Source: an uncultured Candidatus Micrarchaeota archaeon (GTDB taxonomy: Archaea > Micrarchaeota > Micrarchaeia > Micrarchaeales > CABMGC01). Taken from it: a stretch of DNA of 64,000 nt. The stretch covers positions 114,845 to 178,844 of the forward strand of contig CAWHXT010000005.1 of NCBI GenBank assembly GCA_963833485.1, given 5' to 3'. Below are positions 49,462 to 58,833 of the stretch, piece by piece. The notes under the pieces were generated by a model. That model ran no database searches. It was not told where the DNA came from and saw only the letters and a program-made list of their open reading frames with translations. How positions within the stretch are numbered: the first letter of the stretch is position 1; each line of letters begins with the position of its first letter. The position numbers and the translations under genes are program-made.

Positions 49462-51093
49462 TTACAGAATAATCTCGAATGCGACAGCCGGTTCCTCTAT
49501 CCCGAAGTTGCTAAGCACCTCGGGATGCAGTTCTCCGAATACCCCAATCTCCTTCCCGTCAATATTAACCGAGGCGCAACGGCCCTCTATGAAGCTCTTT
49601 TGCAGCTTTTCTTCTATCGTGTAGTTCAGCTCAAGGTCATATAAGATCTCTTCTACAATCGCCTTCATCTGGTTGAAATTCACTTTCGGATCAGCAATAA
49701 CCCCAGAAAGGTTGTTGCTTTCGACCAAGTCCTCTCTTGAAATTTTGAATGCAAGGTCGAATTCGAACAGTTTCTGCGGCATCTTATCGTGTAGTGATGA
49801 GCCAAGATCTTTAAGCAATGAAGGAATGATAGAGGTCCTCATCATAGATATCTGCTGAGATTTTGCATTCTTTATCCTGACATACTCCTTTTCCCTGCTT
49901 ATCCGCATATTGTCAAAGTTAATGGCCTCATTAGTTAGGTAGGAGTTGAACATCTCGCTGAAGCCTAGCCCAAGCATTATGCGGGATACCTTGTCTCTAA
50001 GCAGCGAAGTTGCATCAAGCTCACCACGCTGTTCTGAATATATTGGCACTGGTCTTATGTAGTCGTAGCCGTAAGCTATTGCTATGTCCTCGATTATGTC
50101 TTGGTCGTTTATTATGTCGAGTCTATATTCAGGAACCCTGAACCTCACACTCTTGCCGATAAGCGCGGCCTCGTAACCCATCTTGCTGGCAAGCGATAGG
50201 ACGTTGTTATACCCTATTATCACGCCTATTTGCCCCTCAAGCCTCATCAGCGGTATGTTTATGAATTTTGAAGTCATCTTTGGAAGCACGACATTGGACT
50301 TGGAGTATTTTACTTTTATTTTATAGACGTCTGCGCCCATGTCGATGAACATCGCTGCAAAGAGATCTGTAGATTTCTCTATTATGTACTGCGAGGTACC
50401 GGTTATGTCAACAAGAAGATTCCTAGTCGATGAGCTGACTTTAGTCCTTTCTGAGTTTATTATAGGGATGAGAGACAAAACTCCCATGTTGTCCTTCAGC
50501 GCAGGGTACAGCTGCGCCTCTTTCTTTGGTATCGTCTTACCATATGCGAGCCCCTTTTCATGAGTCGCTATAATTTCACTGAACTTCATCTCCTTGTTTC
50601 TATTCAAGGGAAGGAAGCTTTCGTCAGGGAAAGCATCGTAACGAACTGGGGGCACTATTGTATCTAAATTGTGCAGACCTATTGCAAGCTTTCTTCTATT
50701 TCTCCCGTAGTTTATGCTAAACTTTTCAGTGAAATTTATTAGATGCTTAAGAGTCTCGTCGCTCATCTTAAGGTTCTTGACCACCATCCCAGAGATAAAT
50801 GGCCTAAAGTTGCTCGCATTCTTCCCTACTTCTATCTCAAGGTAAACAGGAGCGTCCTTTATCTCGTACTTCAGCTTGGAGCTCTTGTGCATGAAGTTCT
50901 TCAACGATCTTATGAAACCAACTATGTCGAGCATATCAGGCCTGTTCGGAGATACGTCAAGTTTTATCTCTTTGCTGCTTATTTCCTCGACGTCAAGCCC
51001 CATCTTCGCTATCTGATCTGCGAGCTTCTTATCATCCAGCTTGAAACGTAGTAACTGAGCAAAATACTCTTTGTTGAAAGTTACAGCTACCAT
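49462..51093 (-). CDS. pheT: Phenylalanine--tRNA ligase beta subunit
   Basis: PNRPDML, PIINSERT, YRLDII..DIIEDIAIAYGY, GELHP. Confidence 0.95.
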   Translation of the reverse strand: MVAVTFNKEYFAQLLRFKLDDKKLADQIAKMGLDVEEISSKEIKLDVSPNRPDMLDIVGFIRSLKNFMHKSSKLKYEIKDAPVYLEIEVGKNASNFRPFISGMVVKNLKMSDETLKHLINFTEKFSINYGRNRRKLAIGLHNLDTIVPPVRYDAFPDESFLPLNRNKEMKFSEIIATHEKGLAYGKTIPKKEAQLYPALKDNMGVLSLIPIINSERTKVSSSTRNLLVDITGTSQYIIEKSTDLFAAMFIDMGADVYKIKVKYSKSNVVLPKMTSKFINIPLMRLEGQIGVIIGYNNVLSLASKMGYEAALIGKSVRFRVPEYRLDIINDQDIIEDIAIAYGYDYIRPVPIYSEQRGELDATSLLRDKVSRIMLGLGFSEMFNSYLTNEAINFDNMRISREKEYVRIKNAKSQQISMMRTSIIPSLLKDLGSSLHDKMPQKLFEFDLAFKISREDLVESNNLSGVIADPKVNFNQMKAIVEEILYDLELNYTIEEKLQKSFIEGRCASVNIDGKEIGVFGELHPEVLSNFGIEEPAVAFEIIL

Positions 51094-51097
51094 ATGA

Positions 51098-52573
51098 TCA
51101 CAATATTCTCCTGTTTCTAGTCCAGCCTATCCCTTGGTTGTAAAGCTCCGGTAGGTTCTGGATGTAACCTTTTGCAAGCATTATCCTCTCTACTCCTCCA
51201 CCCCATGCAAGCACGGTTATGTTCTTTCGCGCTATTCCAGATATCTCTCTTCTCAATATACCCGCGCCGAGGAGTTCAAACCACTTTCCGGTTTTCTTAA
51301 GGTAGGTCTGGACCTCGACCCCTGGCTCGACGAACGGGAAGTAGGTCGGTTTGAATCGTATCTCAAGGCCGGTACTCTTGTAGAGCCTTATCAAAGTGTC
51401 AAACAGGTTTGCGAGCGTTAGGTTTTCTCCGATTATCATTCCATCCATCTGGTAGAAGTCAGTTAGATGACTGTAGTCTGGATTCTCGTTCCTGAACGTC
51501 CTCCCTATAGTAAAGATCTTAAGTGGAAGCCTATAATCTTTGTACGCGCCGAGGTTGTACAGCTCCCTTACTGAGACGCTGGTTGTCTGTGTTCTTAGCA
51601 CCCCCTGCATCGCCACCTTTTCTAGCCAGTCGCTGTGCCATGAGCTTTCATGTGATGCCTTCACCTGGCTCACCAGTTTCTTGTTTCCTATGTCTATCTC
51701 CTCTGGATTCGAAAGATAGAAAGTGTCCTGCATGTCCCTGGCTGGATGGTCTTGTGGCATGAAAAGAGAGTCAAAAGTCCAGAAGGCGGGGACCACGACA
51801 GGTCCTGCGACCTCCTTGAATCCCATGTTCGTATATTCCTTCTTCAGCTTTTCTATCATCTCTCTAAGAGGATGAAGTTTAGCGGCAAACTCCCTCTCCA
51901 CCTTCACGTCTATCGCGTAGCGCTTGAATGACTTGTCAGTCCACTCTTTGTTTGTTATCATCTTCTTGTTGAGAGCATCGACCAGCTCGGCTCCAGAGCT
52001 CTCTTCCAGCAGCAACTTGGCGCCGTGCTCCGTTATGCTGACGTTCTCTATCTCGCTCCTGGTGCTGACGTTGAGCAGCTTCCTCTTTATCAGACTGAGA
52101 ATCTCGTTGTTGTACTTTGTTGATATGCCTGCGTAGCTCTCTGGCTTATCGTAAAGCTCCTTGAGCACTAGCTCCTCCTTAATCTCTTCGTCCAACGCAA
52201 ACTTTCCTTTCTGTGTGAGGAACAGCGCGCCATCCTTTATTTCAACAAACTGTCTGCTTCTCGCCCATTGAAGACCTATGCGCTCTTCAGGGCTTGATAA
52301 GTCCTTAACGTTCACCTTTTCTTTAGCTATCTTATGGATTAAGATGATCTCTGGCAGGTGATCTTTTGCGTAGCTCTTACCTTCTTCAGTAAGTTCTGCT
52401 TCTTTCTTTATCACTCTCTTTACTTCAACCGCATTCTCCTTTGAAAGGGTCTCAAGAGCCCATAGAACTTCGTCCCTGCCGATCTTGCTTGCTTCTATCA
52501 GACCGTCAATGCTCAGCGATTTGTGTGATTCTAGGGTTTTCAATACGGCAATTTCGTAGCGATGCAAACTCAC
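51098..52573 (-). CDS. pheS: Phenylalanine--tRNA ligase alpha subunit
   Basis: PQDHPARDMQDTF, FRNE, YFPFVEP. Confidence 0.96.
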   Translation of the reverse strand: MSLHRYEIAVLKTLESHKSLSIDGLIEASKIGRDEVLWALETLSKENAVEVKRVIKKEAELTEEGKSYAKDHLPEIILIHKIAKEKVNVKDLSSPEERIGLQWARSRQFVEIKDGALFLTQKGKFALDEEIKEELVLKELYDKPESYAGISTKYNNEILSLIKRKLLNVSTRSEIENVSITEHGAKLLLEESSGAELVDALNKKMITNKEWTDKSFKRYAIDVKVEREFAAKLHPLREMIEKLKKEYTNMGFKEVAGPVVVPAFWTFDSLFMPQDHPARDMQDTFYLSNPEEIDIGNKKLVSQVKASHESSWHSDWLEKVAMQGVLRTQTTSVSVRELYNLGAYKDYRLPLKIFTIGRTFRNENPDYSHLTDFYQMDGMIIGENLTLANLFDTLIRLYKSTGLEIRFKPTYFPFVEPGVEVQTYLKKTGKWFELLGAGILRREISGIARKNITVLAWGGGVERIMLAKGYIQNLPELYNQGIGWTRNRRIL

Positions 52574-53343
52574 ACCTTGTTCTCAGACATCCTTGCATAC
52601 AGGTACACTACCAATACTAGGAATAGTACTAGAATTACGAAATATATGAAAGTTTTGTAATTTGTGTATATGTAAGCAAAGTAGCTAGTCACCTCCTGCC
52701 CTGGTGACTGGCTTATTATATAGGAAAACGAGAACGTCGCCAACGGGTCGTTAGAGTACCAGGAGAACTGTGAGGACCCTGTATAGTTTCCTATGAAGTT
52801 GAGGTGCGGGTAATCTGGCACTGGATATACTGAAACCACCTCAGATCCTTTCGGTATTATTATGTTCAGCCTTGCATACGGGGGCAGTGTCTGGCCGCTA
52901 ACGATATGTGCGAAGTTGAAGACTGTGTCATTGAAGGTATATTCGAATTTCCTTGGGCCAATGGCTTTTTCGGTGGTCACGTTGTTGACGTAGTAGCTCA
53001 TGGTAAGAATCGCAGTGCCGTTGCCAAGAGCATATGTTATCGGGCTTGGCAGAATTGTGAATCCATATATCCCTGACTTAGGGTTCAGGATGTGCGTAGC
53101 AAGAAGATCACTCTGAAGCGCCTTTTGCCATCCGCTAAGAGTGAGGTTGATCGCCTGCCTGTCATTGAAATAGGTCTGTAAGGAAGAGTTGCTTATGTAA
53201 AGTTTGAAAGATTCGGTTACGTGTGCGCTGTTGTTTGGATTAAGGGTGACTGTGGTGTTCAGGGAGGTCACGTTAAAGTAGGCATGCGTGTTGGGAATGA
53301 GCAGCATTAGGGCGACTGCAAGATATAGGAGGTTCTTTTGCAT
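52570..53343 (-). CDS. Secreted protein with C-terminal membrane anchor
   Basis: Signal peptide, N-glycosylation sequons, C-terminal TM helix. Confidence 0.7.
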   Translation of the reverse strand: MQKNLLYLAVALMLLIPNTHAYFNVTSLNTTVTLNPNNSAHVTESFKLYISNSSLQTYFNDRQAINLTLSGWQKALQSDLLATHILNPKSGIYGFTILPSPITYALGNGTAILTMSYYVNNVTTEKAIGPRKFEYTFNDTVFNFAHIVSGQTLPPYARLNIIIPKGSEVVSVYPVPDYPHLNFIGNYTGSSQFSWYSNDPLATFSFSYIISQSPGQEVTSYFAYIYTNYKTFIYFVILVLFLVLVVYLYARMSENKV

Positions 53344-53468
53344 CAGGATAGCACCACAATACTATTTTTGAACCACATTTTTTAAGGGTATTGTTTAACA
53401 GTCGGGACTGCCATGCATAAGGTATTAAAACGTTAATGCAGATATATAACCACTAATACTGTGATAAA

Positions 53469-53891
53469 ATGATAACGGGCGTGAGAATAAGCGAAGTCCA
53501 AGCTAAGAGAGAGACAGAGGACATGATAACCAACATGAAGTTCAACATAAACTTCGATGATGTCAAGATCACTGGAGAGAATGTCGAAGTGATGTACACT
53601 TTTGTTGCTACATATGATGGAGGGGAGCCTTCGAAGCAGAAACAGATAGGAGAGCTCAAGATCATAGGCACGGTGCTTTCCAAGGAGAGCAAGAAGGATG
53701 CTGACGAGATAGCCAGCGTTTGGAAGAACAAGAAGACCCTTCCACTTGCGTTCGCGGAGAACGTGATAAACCTGCTAAACTTTGAGTGCGGGGCTAGAGG
53801 AACGCTTCTGGCGTCAAGCATAGGCCTCCTTGCGCCGATACCGCTTTCAAGGGCTAAGCTTCAGGAAACACCAACAGGCAAGAGCGCCTGA
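53469..53891 (+). CDS. Hypothetical protein (SecB-like topology suspected)
   Basis: Beta strands followed by helices and a GLLAPIP tail; upstream of polB. Confidence 0.65.
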   Translation: MITGVRISEVQAKRETEDMITNMKFNINFDDVKITGENVEVMYTFVATYDGGEPSKQKQIGELKIIGTVLSKESKKDADEIASVWKNKKTLPLAFAENVINLLNFECGARGTLLASSIGLLAPIPLSRAKLQETPTGKSA

Positions 53892-53944
53892 AAGCAGGCA
53901 TTTTTATTTTTGAACGCTCATTCTCTTTTTAGCTAAATGATACC

Positions 53945-56371
53945 ATGGAAAAAACTGAGCTTTTGGGGGTCATCCTTGATGCGGATTACGTGCTGAACGA
54001 GGGAAGGGGGACTATAAGGCTGTCCTTCAAGACCAAGGATGATAATTACGACCTTTTCGATCCTTCTTTTTTTCCGTATTTCTACCTTCTGCCAAGCAAT
54101 GACAAGCTTGATGCGGTCTCGCTGAAGGGAATCAGCATATGGACGGATAACAACGAGGAGGTGAAGCCCAAAAGCGTAGAAGAGGGGAAAAGGCTTGTGG
54201 GGACCAAAGAGAGGAAGGTGTACAAGATCTTCGTTGAGAGCCCTAGAAACGTCCCTAAGATGAAGGAGGCCTTCGCGGAGTTCGGAACCTGCTATGAGCA
54301 TGATATAGTCTTCTGGAAAAGGTATCTCATAGACAAGCAGCTATCGCCACTGCAGCAGACCAGGGTGGTTGTCCACAAGGAATCAGAAAGGTATGTGATA
54401 GACAGCATAGAGGGCTTGGGGAAGACATCAGAAATCAAGCTAAAGGCGCTCAGCTTTGATATTGAGACCTACAACCCGTTAGGTATCCCTAACGAGGATA
54501 AGGATCCTGTGATAATGATAAGCTACACTGATGGCAATGAGGGTCATGTGCTTACCACTAAGAAGATAGACAAGCCTTTTGTGAAAGTGTTCAAAGGGGA
54601 GAAGGAAATGATAAAGGCGTTCATAGATGTGATAATCAGGCTTGATCCAGACATAATAGCAGGCTACAGCTCATCGAATTTTGACATTCCATACCTAATC
54701 AAGAGGGCGAACAAGAACAAGATGGAGTTTGCGATCGGTAGGCATGGGGAGGAACCGAAGAAGGAGCACCACGGACTGATAGACGCGATTAAGATCTCTG
54801 GTAGAATACACATGGACGTCTACCATGTGGCAAGGTTCGTTTCCGCCGTAGGGGCTTCTGAGAAGGTAATAAAGGTAAACAACTTCAAGCTCTACGAAGT
54901 CTACCATGCGATAACAGGAAAGGAAAAGAAGATGGTCGACAAGGGGGACATTTGGGAACAGTGGGATGCTGGAGGGGAGATTCTTGCAAACCTCGCTGAA
55001 TATTCGCTTGCGGATTCGCTTGCACTGCACGAGCTTTACGAATTCTTCCTGCCAATTGAAGTGGAAGTTGCGAGCGTTAGCGGAACGACCCTTGGCGAGT
55101 CAAGCATCTCAACCACAAGTCAGTTGGTAGAGTACATGCTGATGCGATACGCATACAGATACAATCAGATGATACCAAACAAACCAGATTCCCACGAGAT
55201 AGATGTCAGGGCCGCTAATCCTTATGTTGGAGCCTTTGTAAAGACCCCAGATGCTGGGATCTACGATAACATAGTAGTGTTCGACTTTCGAGGGCTGTAT
55301 CCATCGATAATCATCACGTACAACATCGATCTTGCGACCATCTGCAGCGACTGCACTGAATACTATGAGTCCCCAGACGATGTTAAATTCAGGAAGGATG
55401 TGATTGGGATAATGCCGATGCTGCTGAAGATATTGATCGAGGAGAGGTATGAGGTGAAGAAGGCTTTCAAGAAGAGTCCTGACAGCAAGTCGCTGGGGGC
55501 GAGATCCACTGCGCTCAAGATAATTGCGAATGCATTCTACGGCTACTTAGGATATGCAAGGTCTAGATGGTATTCTAGGGAATGCGCTTCGAGCGTCACG
55601 TCCTTCGGAAGGTTGTACATCTCTGAGACCATAGAGAAAGCGGAGAAGGCGGGTTTCAGGGTCCTTTACGCTGACACCGATTCCATCTTCATGCTGAAAG
55701 GAGATAAAAATAAAGAGGATGCCAACAAATTCCTAAACGAGGTAAACAAAAACCTTCCAAAACCGATGGAGATGGAGCTTGAGGATTATTACACCAGAGG
55801 TGTTTTTGTAGGCAAGCGAGGAGGGGAGGTGGGAGCGGGAGCAAAGAAAAAATACGCAATGCTCTCAGAAGGCGGCAGAATAAAGATAAAGGGTTTTGAA
55901 CTCGTTAGGAGAGACTGGTCAAAGGTTGCTAGAGACACGCAGCTTGCCGTCCTTGAAGCAATATTGAAGGAGGGAAGCAAGGAAAAGGCGGTTAGCATAG
56001 TCAAAGATGTTGTAGACAAGTTGAAAAGCGGAAAGATGGAGCTGAAAGATCTGGTCATACACACACAGCTCCGAAAAGGGATAAGGAACTATGATATAAA
56101 GTCACCAGAGCTGGCGGCAGCTAAGAAAGCGATAGAACGGGGGGTAAAGAGAAGGGACGAGCTGGAAGGGGCAGCAATAGGTTACGTTATAACAAAGCAC
56201 GGAAACAGCATATCTGAGAAGGCGGAGATTGATGAAACAGCAAAGGACTACGATCCTGATTACTACATAGATCACCAGGTGATCCCAGCCACACTTAAAA
56301 TCCTTAAGGAACTAGGGTATAACGCTGACGAGCTTAGGAACAAGGGCTCGCAGAAAAAACTTGGTGGTTGA
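53945..56371 (+). CDS. polB: Family B DNA polymerase
   Basis: FDIET, DFRGLYPS, KIIANAFYGY, YADTDS, KKKYA. Confidence 0.97.
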   Translation: MEKTELLGVILDADYVLNEGRGTIRLSFKTKDDNYDLFDPSFFPYFYLLPSNDKLDAVSLKGISIWTDNNEEVKPKSVEEGKRLVGTKERKVYKIFVESPRNVPKMKEAFAEFGTCYEHDIVFWKRYLIDKQLSPLQQTRVVVHKESERYVIDSIEGLGKTSEIKLKALSFDIETYNPLGIPNEDKDPVIMISYTDGNEGHVLTTKKIDKPFVKVFKGEKEMIKAFIDVIIRLDPDIIAGYSSSNFDIPYLIKRANKNKMEFAIGRHGEEPKKEHHGLIDAIKISGRIHMDVYHVARFVSAVGASEKVIKVNNFKLYEVYHAITGKEKKMVDKGDIWEQWDAGGEILANLAEYSLADSLALHELYEFFLPIEVEVASVSGTTLGESSISTTSQLVEYMLMRYAYRYNQMIPNKPDSHEIDVRAANPYVGAFVKTPDAGIYDNIVVFDFRGLYPSIIITYNIDLATICSDCTEYYESPDDVKFRKDVIGIMPMLLKILIEERYEVKKAFKKSPDSKSLGARSTALKIIANAFYGYLGYARSRWYSRECASSVTSFGRLYISETIEKAEKAGFRVLYADTDSIFMLKGDKNKEDANKFLNEVNKNLPKPMEMELEDYYTRGVFVGKRGGEVGAGAKKKYAMLSEGGRIKIKGFELVRRDWSKVARDTQLAVLEAILKEGSKEKAVSIVKDVVDKLKSGKMELKDLVIHTQLRKGIRNYDIKSPELAAAKKAIERGVKRRDELEGAAIGYVITKHGNSISEKAEIDETAKDYDPDYYIDHQVIPATLKILKELGYNADELRNKGSQKKLGG

Positions 56372-56795
56372 ATTGGAGGTGCTTTTTGTTTGCAATACAA
56401 ATGTTGGAAGGAGCCAGATGGCAGAGGCGCTCTTCAACAGGCTATCGAAAAAGAATCATGCAAGTAGTGCAGGTTTAAATCTTGAATACCGTGAAGACAA
56501 GACGCTGGAAGAGCTTGAAGCGATAAGAGTGATTAATGCGATGAAAGAAATAAAGATAGACGTATCAAAAAATATTTCAAAGCAGCTGACCAAGAAGATG
56601 TTTGATAAGGCAGATAGAGTTGTTGCGATGCTTGATCCTAGACAAAAGTTGAATTTGCCGACATATTTTAAGAATTCACCTAAGGTTGTCTTTTGGGACG
56701 TGCTGGATATGGCCGGCATGTCATACAAATACCACTGTGATGGTAGAGACAATATAAAGAAACATGTCGCGAAATTGGTTAAAGAGATTGGTTGA
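56361..56795 (+). CDS. Low-molecular-weight phosphatase / ArsC family protein
   Basis: FVCNTNVGRSQMAEA P-loop, SSAG. Confidence 0.85.
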   Translation: MVVELEVLFVCNTNVGRSQMAEALFNRLSKKNHASSAGLNLEYREDKTLEELEAIRVINAMKEIKIDVSKNISKQLTKKMFDKADRVVAMLDPRQKLNLPTYFKNSPKVVFWDVLDMAGMSYKYHCDGRDNIKKHVAKLVKEIG

Positions 56796-56855
56796 ACATA
56801 GGAGAGAAACTTAGAAAATAGACAGAGAAGCTCACAGAAGAAGTTGTGAGCGCAA

Positions 56856-57347
56856 TTATATAGGTTTAGAATTATTTAACAGCTCTTGAAAAACTCCTTC
56901 AGTAGGAAGGCCTGCTCCTTTTAATCTGGCTATAAATGATCTGCACATTCCAACCTTTACCTTTTTATTATGATTCTTGATCCATCGACATAGGAGCTGC
57001 ACTACTTCTCTTTCCCTTCCTATTTGGTATATTATTACTTTGTTTAGCTTATCGTCACCAAAGAGATCTGAAAGGGTGTATGCCTTGCTAGCCCAAGCTA
57101 GTGAAAGTCCCTGCTTGATTGAGAAATATGGAAGGGAGTATCTTTCTCTGTCTGGCAAATTTCTCATGTCTCCTAAGGTTTTTACGAGCACCCCCTCACG
57201 CTCTAATTCTAGCAAGATATAACCGGTATCTTCGCTGAGGCCATCCCTTTTCAACATCTGGAGCTGGCTTTCTCTCGTAATATCTTCTACAGCGTCCCTT
57301 CGCAATCCAGTTACTTCTACTTGTTCTGTAACTAACTCTAGAGCCAA
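56856..57347 (-). CDS. Hypothetical protein
   Basis: 163-aa ORF with GGGTG SD-like motif before TTG. Confidence 0.5.
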   Translation of the reverse strand: MALELVTEQVEVTGLRRDAVEDITRESQLQMLKRDGLSEDTGYILLELEREGVLVKTLGDMRNLPDRERYSLPYFSIKQGLSLAWASKAYTLSDLFGDDKLNKVIIYQIGREREVVQLLCRWIKNHNKKVKVGMCRSFIARLKGAGLPTEGVFQELLNNSKPI

Positions 57348-57461
57348 TTTAACACCCAGGAATGGTGCTAGAAGATAGCTGCAATCGCTATTTAAATGTT
57401 TAGAGAAAAACAGATTAGTGGAACAAAAATGCGATTTGAAACAGCCAATAATTGATTGTGT

Positions 57462-58349
57462 ATGGACGAAAAAATAATGGAAATTGGGAAAGCAACGGCA
57501 GAAATACTCCAGAGATCAAAGTCTTTGGTCAAGCCAGGAGTTTCACTTGAAGAAGTTGCTAAGAAAGTGGAGGAGATGGTGGAGGAAAGAAAGATCAAAT
57601 TCTCCTTTCCGATAAACATATCGATAAACGATCAGGCGGCTCACTACACTCCTTCTTTCAAAGATGAAAGAATTTTCAAGGAAGGAGACATGGTAAAAGT
57701 TGATATTGGATTAAGAAATGAAGCCATAATAACAGACACCGCACTCACCGTGGACCTCTCCTCAAAGAATCCAAAGCTTGTTGAGGCTACCGAAAAGGCG
57801 CTAGAATCTGCAATTAGCATGGTAAAGGCTGGAAGAAAACTTAGGGATATTGGGAAGGAAGTGGGGTCCATAGCAGAAAAGTATGGGGTGAAACCGATAA
57901 AGAACCTTGGAGGGCATGGGATGGAGCAGGGAGAGCTGCATTCGCATTATTTCATACCAAACTTCGACAACGGGGACGAAACCGAGTTGCAGGAAGGCGA
58001 CCTCATAGCTGTTGAAGTATTCCTAACAGATGGATATGGTGAAGTTGATGAGGGGGAATACGTGCAGATATTCCAGAAGGACGCTGGGGCTACAACAAGA
58101 ACCAACAACATTAGAGACATATCTGATTACATCGAAGAGGTATACGAGACGTATCCATTTGCGCTTAGGTGGCTCGTAGAGAAGTTTGGTTCTGAGTTCA
58201 GAGTGAGGTCTGCGCTCAATGAGCTGATGAGAAACAATACTTTGGAGCTATTCCCAGTACTTGTTGAAAGGAAGAAAGGCATGGTGGCTCAGGCTGAGCA
58301 CAGCTTAATCGTAACAAAGGATTCGTGTGAGATTATCACAAAAATCTGA
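57462..58349 (+). CDS. map: Methionine aminopeptidase type II
   Basis: FPINIS..AAHYTP, KVDIG, DTA.T, NLGGH, AQAEHS. Confidence 0.95.
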   Translation: MDEKIMEIGKATAEILQRSKSLVKPGVSLEEVAKKVEEMVEERKIKFSFPINISINDQAAHYTPSFKDERIFKEGDMVKVDIGLRNEAIITDTALTVDLSSKNPKLVEATEKALESAISMVKAGRKLRDIGKEVGSIAEKYGVKPIKNLGGHGMEQGELHSHYFIPNFDNGDETELQEGDLIAVEVFLTDGYGEVDEGEYVQIFQKDAGATTRTNNIRDISDYIEEVYETYPFALRWLVEKFGSEFRVRSALNELMRNNTLELFPVLVERKKGMVAQAEHSLIVTKDSCEIITKI

Positions 58350-58350
58350 T

Positions 58351-58767
58351 CTACTTCAGCAACGTTACGCTAATTTTTGCCCACTTCTGGTATGCGTACA
58401 AACCGGCAGATGTTTGGTTTACTGTAACGTACAAGTATTGAGAGTGAGATCTGAAGATGACCGTATTGCCAGGATATACACTGGTGGTGTTAGTTAGAGT
58501 ACCCTTGTAGTAGACGTTGATCGCTGCTGGGCTTATTCCATTGGTAGTCGGAGTTCCTAGATCGGCAAGTTCCACAGTGTAAGCTTTACCGCATGCGACT
58601 GAGTGACCTACGTATACTGTAGTTGTAGGGACGCACACCTGCCAATTTGGCGTAGGATTAGGATATGCAGACACTATACCTACAAAAAGGAGCAGTATTG
58701 CAGCACCGACAAAACTTAGAGTTTGTATTTTTGATTTCACGTAACCACTTTTGTATCTTTTAAGCAT
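58351..58767 (-). CDS. Small secreted protein
   Basis: Signal peptide and Thr/Val beta-rich body. Confidence 0.6.
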   Translation of the reverse strand: MLKRYKSGYVKSKIQTLSFVGAAILLLFVGIVSAYPNPTPNWQVCVPTTTVYVGHSVACGKAYTVELADLGTPTTNGISPAAINVYYKGTLTNTTSVYPGNTVIFRSHSQYLYVTVNQTSAGLYAYQKWAKISVTLLK

Positions 58768-58833
58768 AACTGGAAATATTGATATAAATACCTGGCTTTA
58801 TTGTTTGTTTTTTTAAGAGCAGCCAAAACTATC

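Noticed and set aside
56828-56852. GCTCACA-gaagaagt-TGTGAGC hairpin
   Set aside because: Lies between convergent genes; an ordinary terminator-like structure
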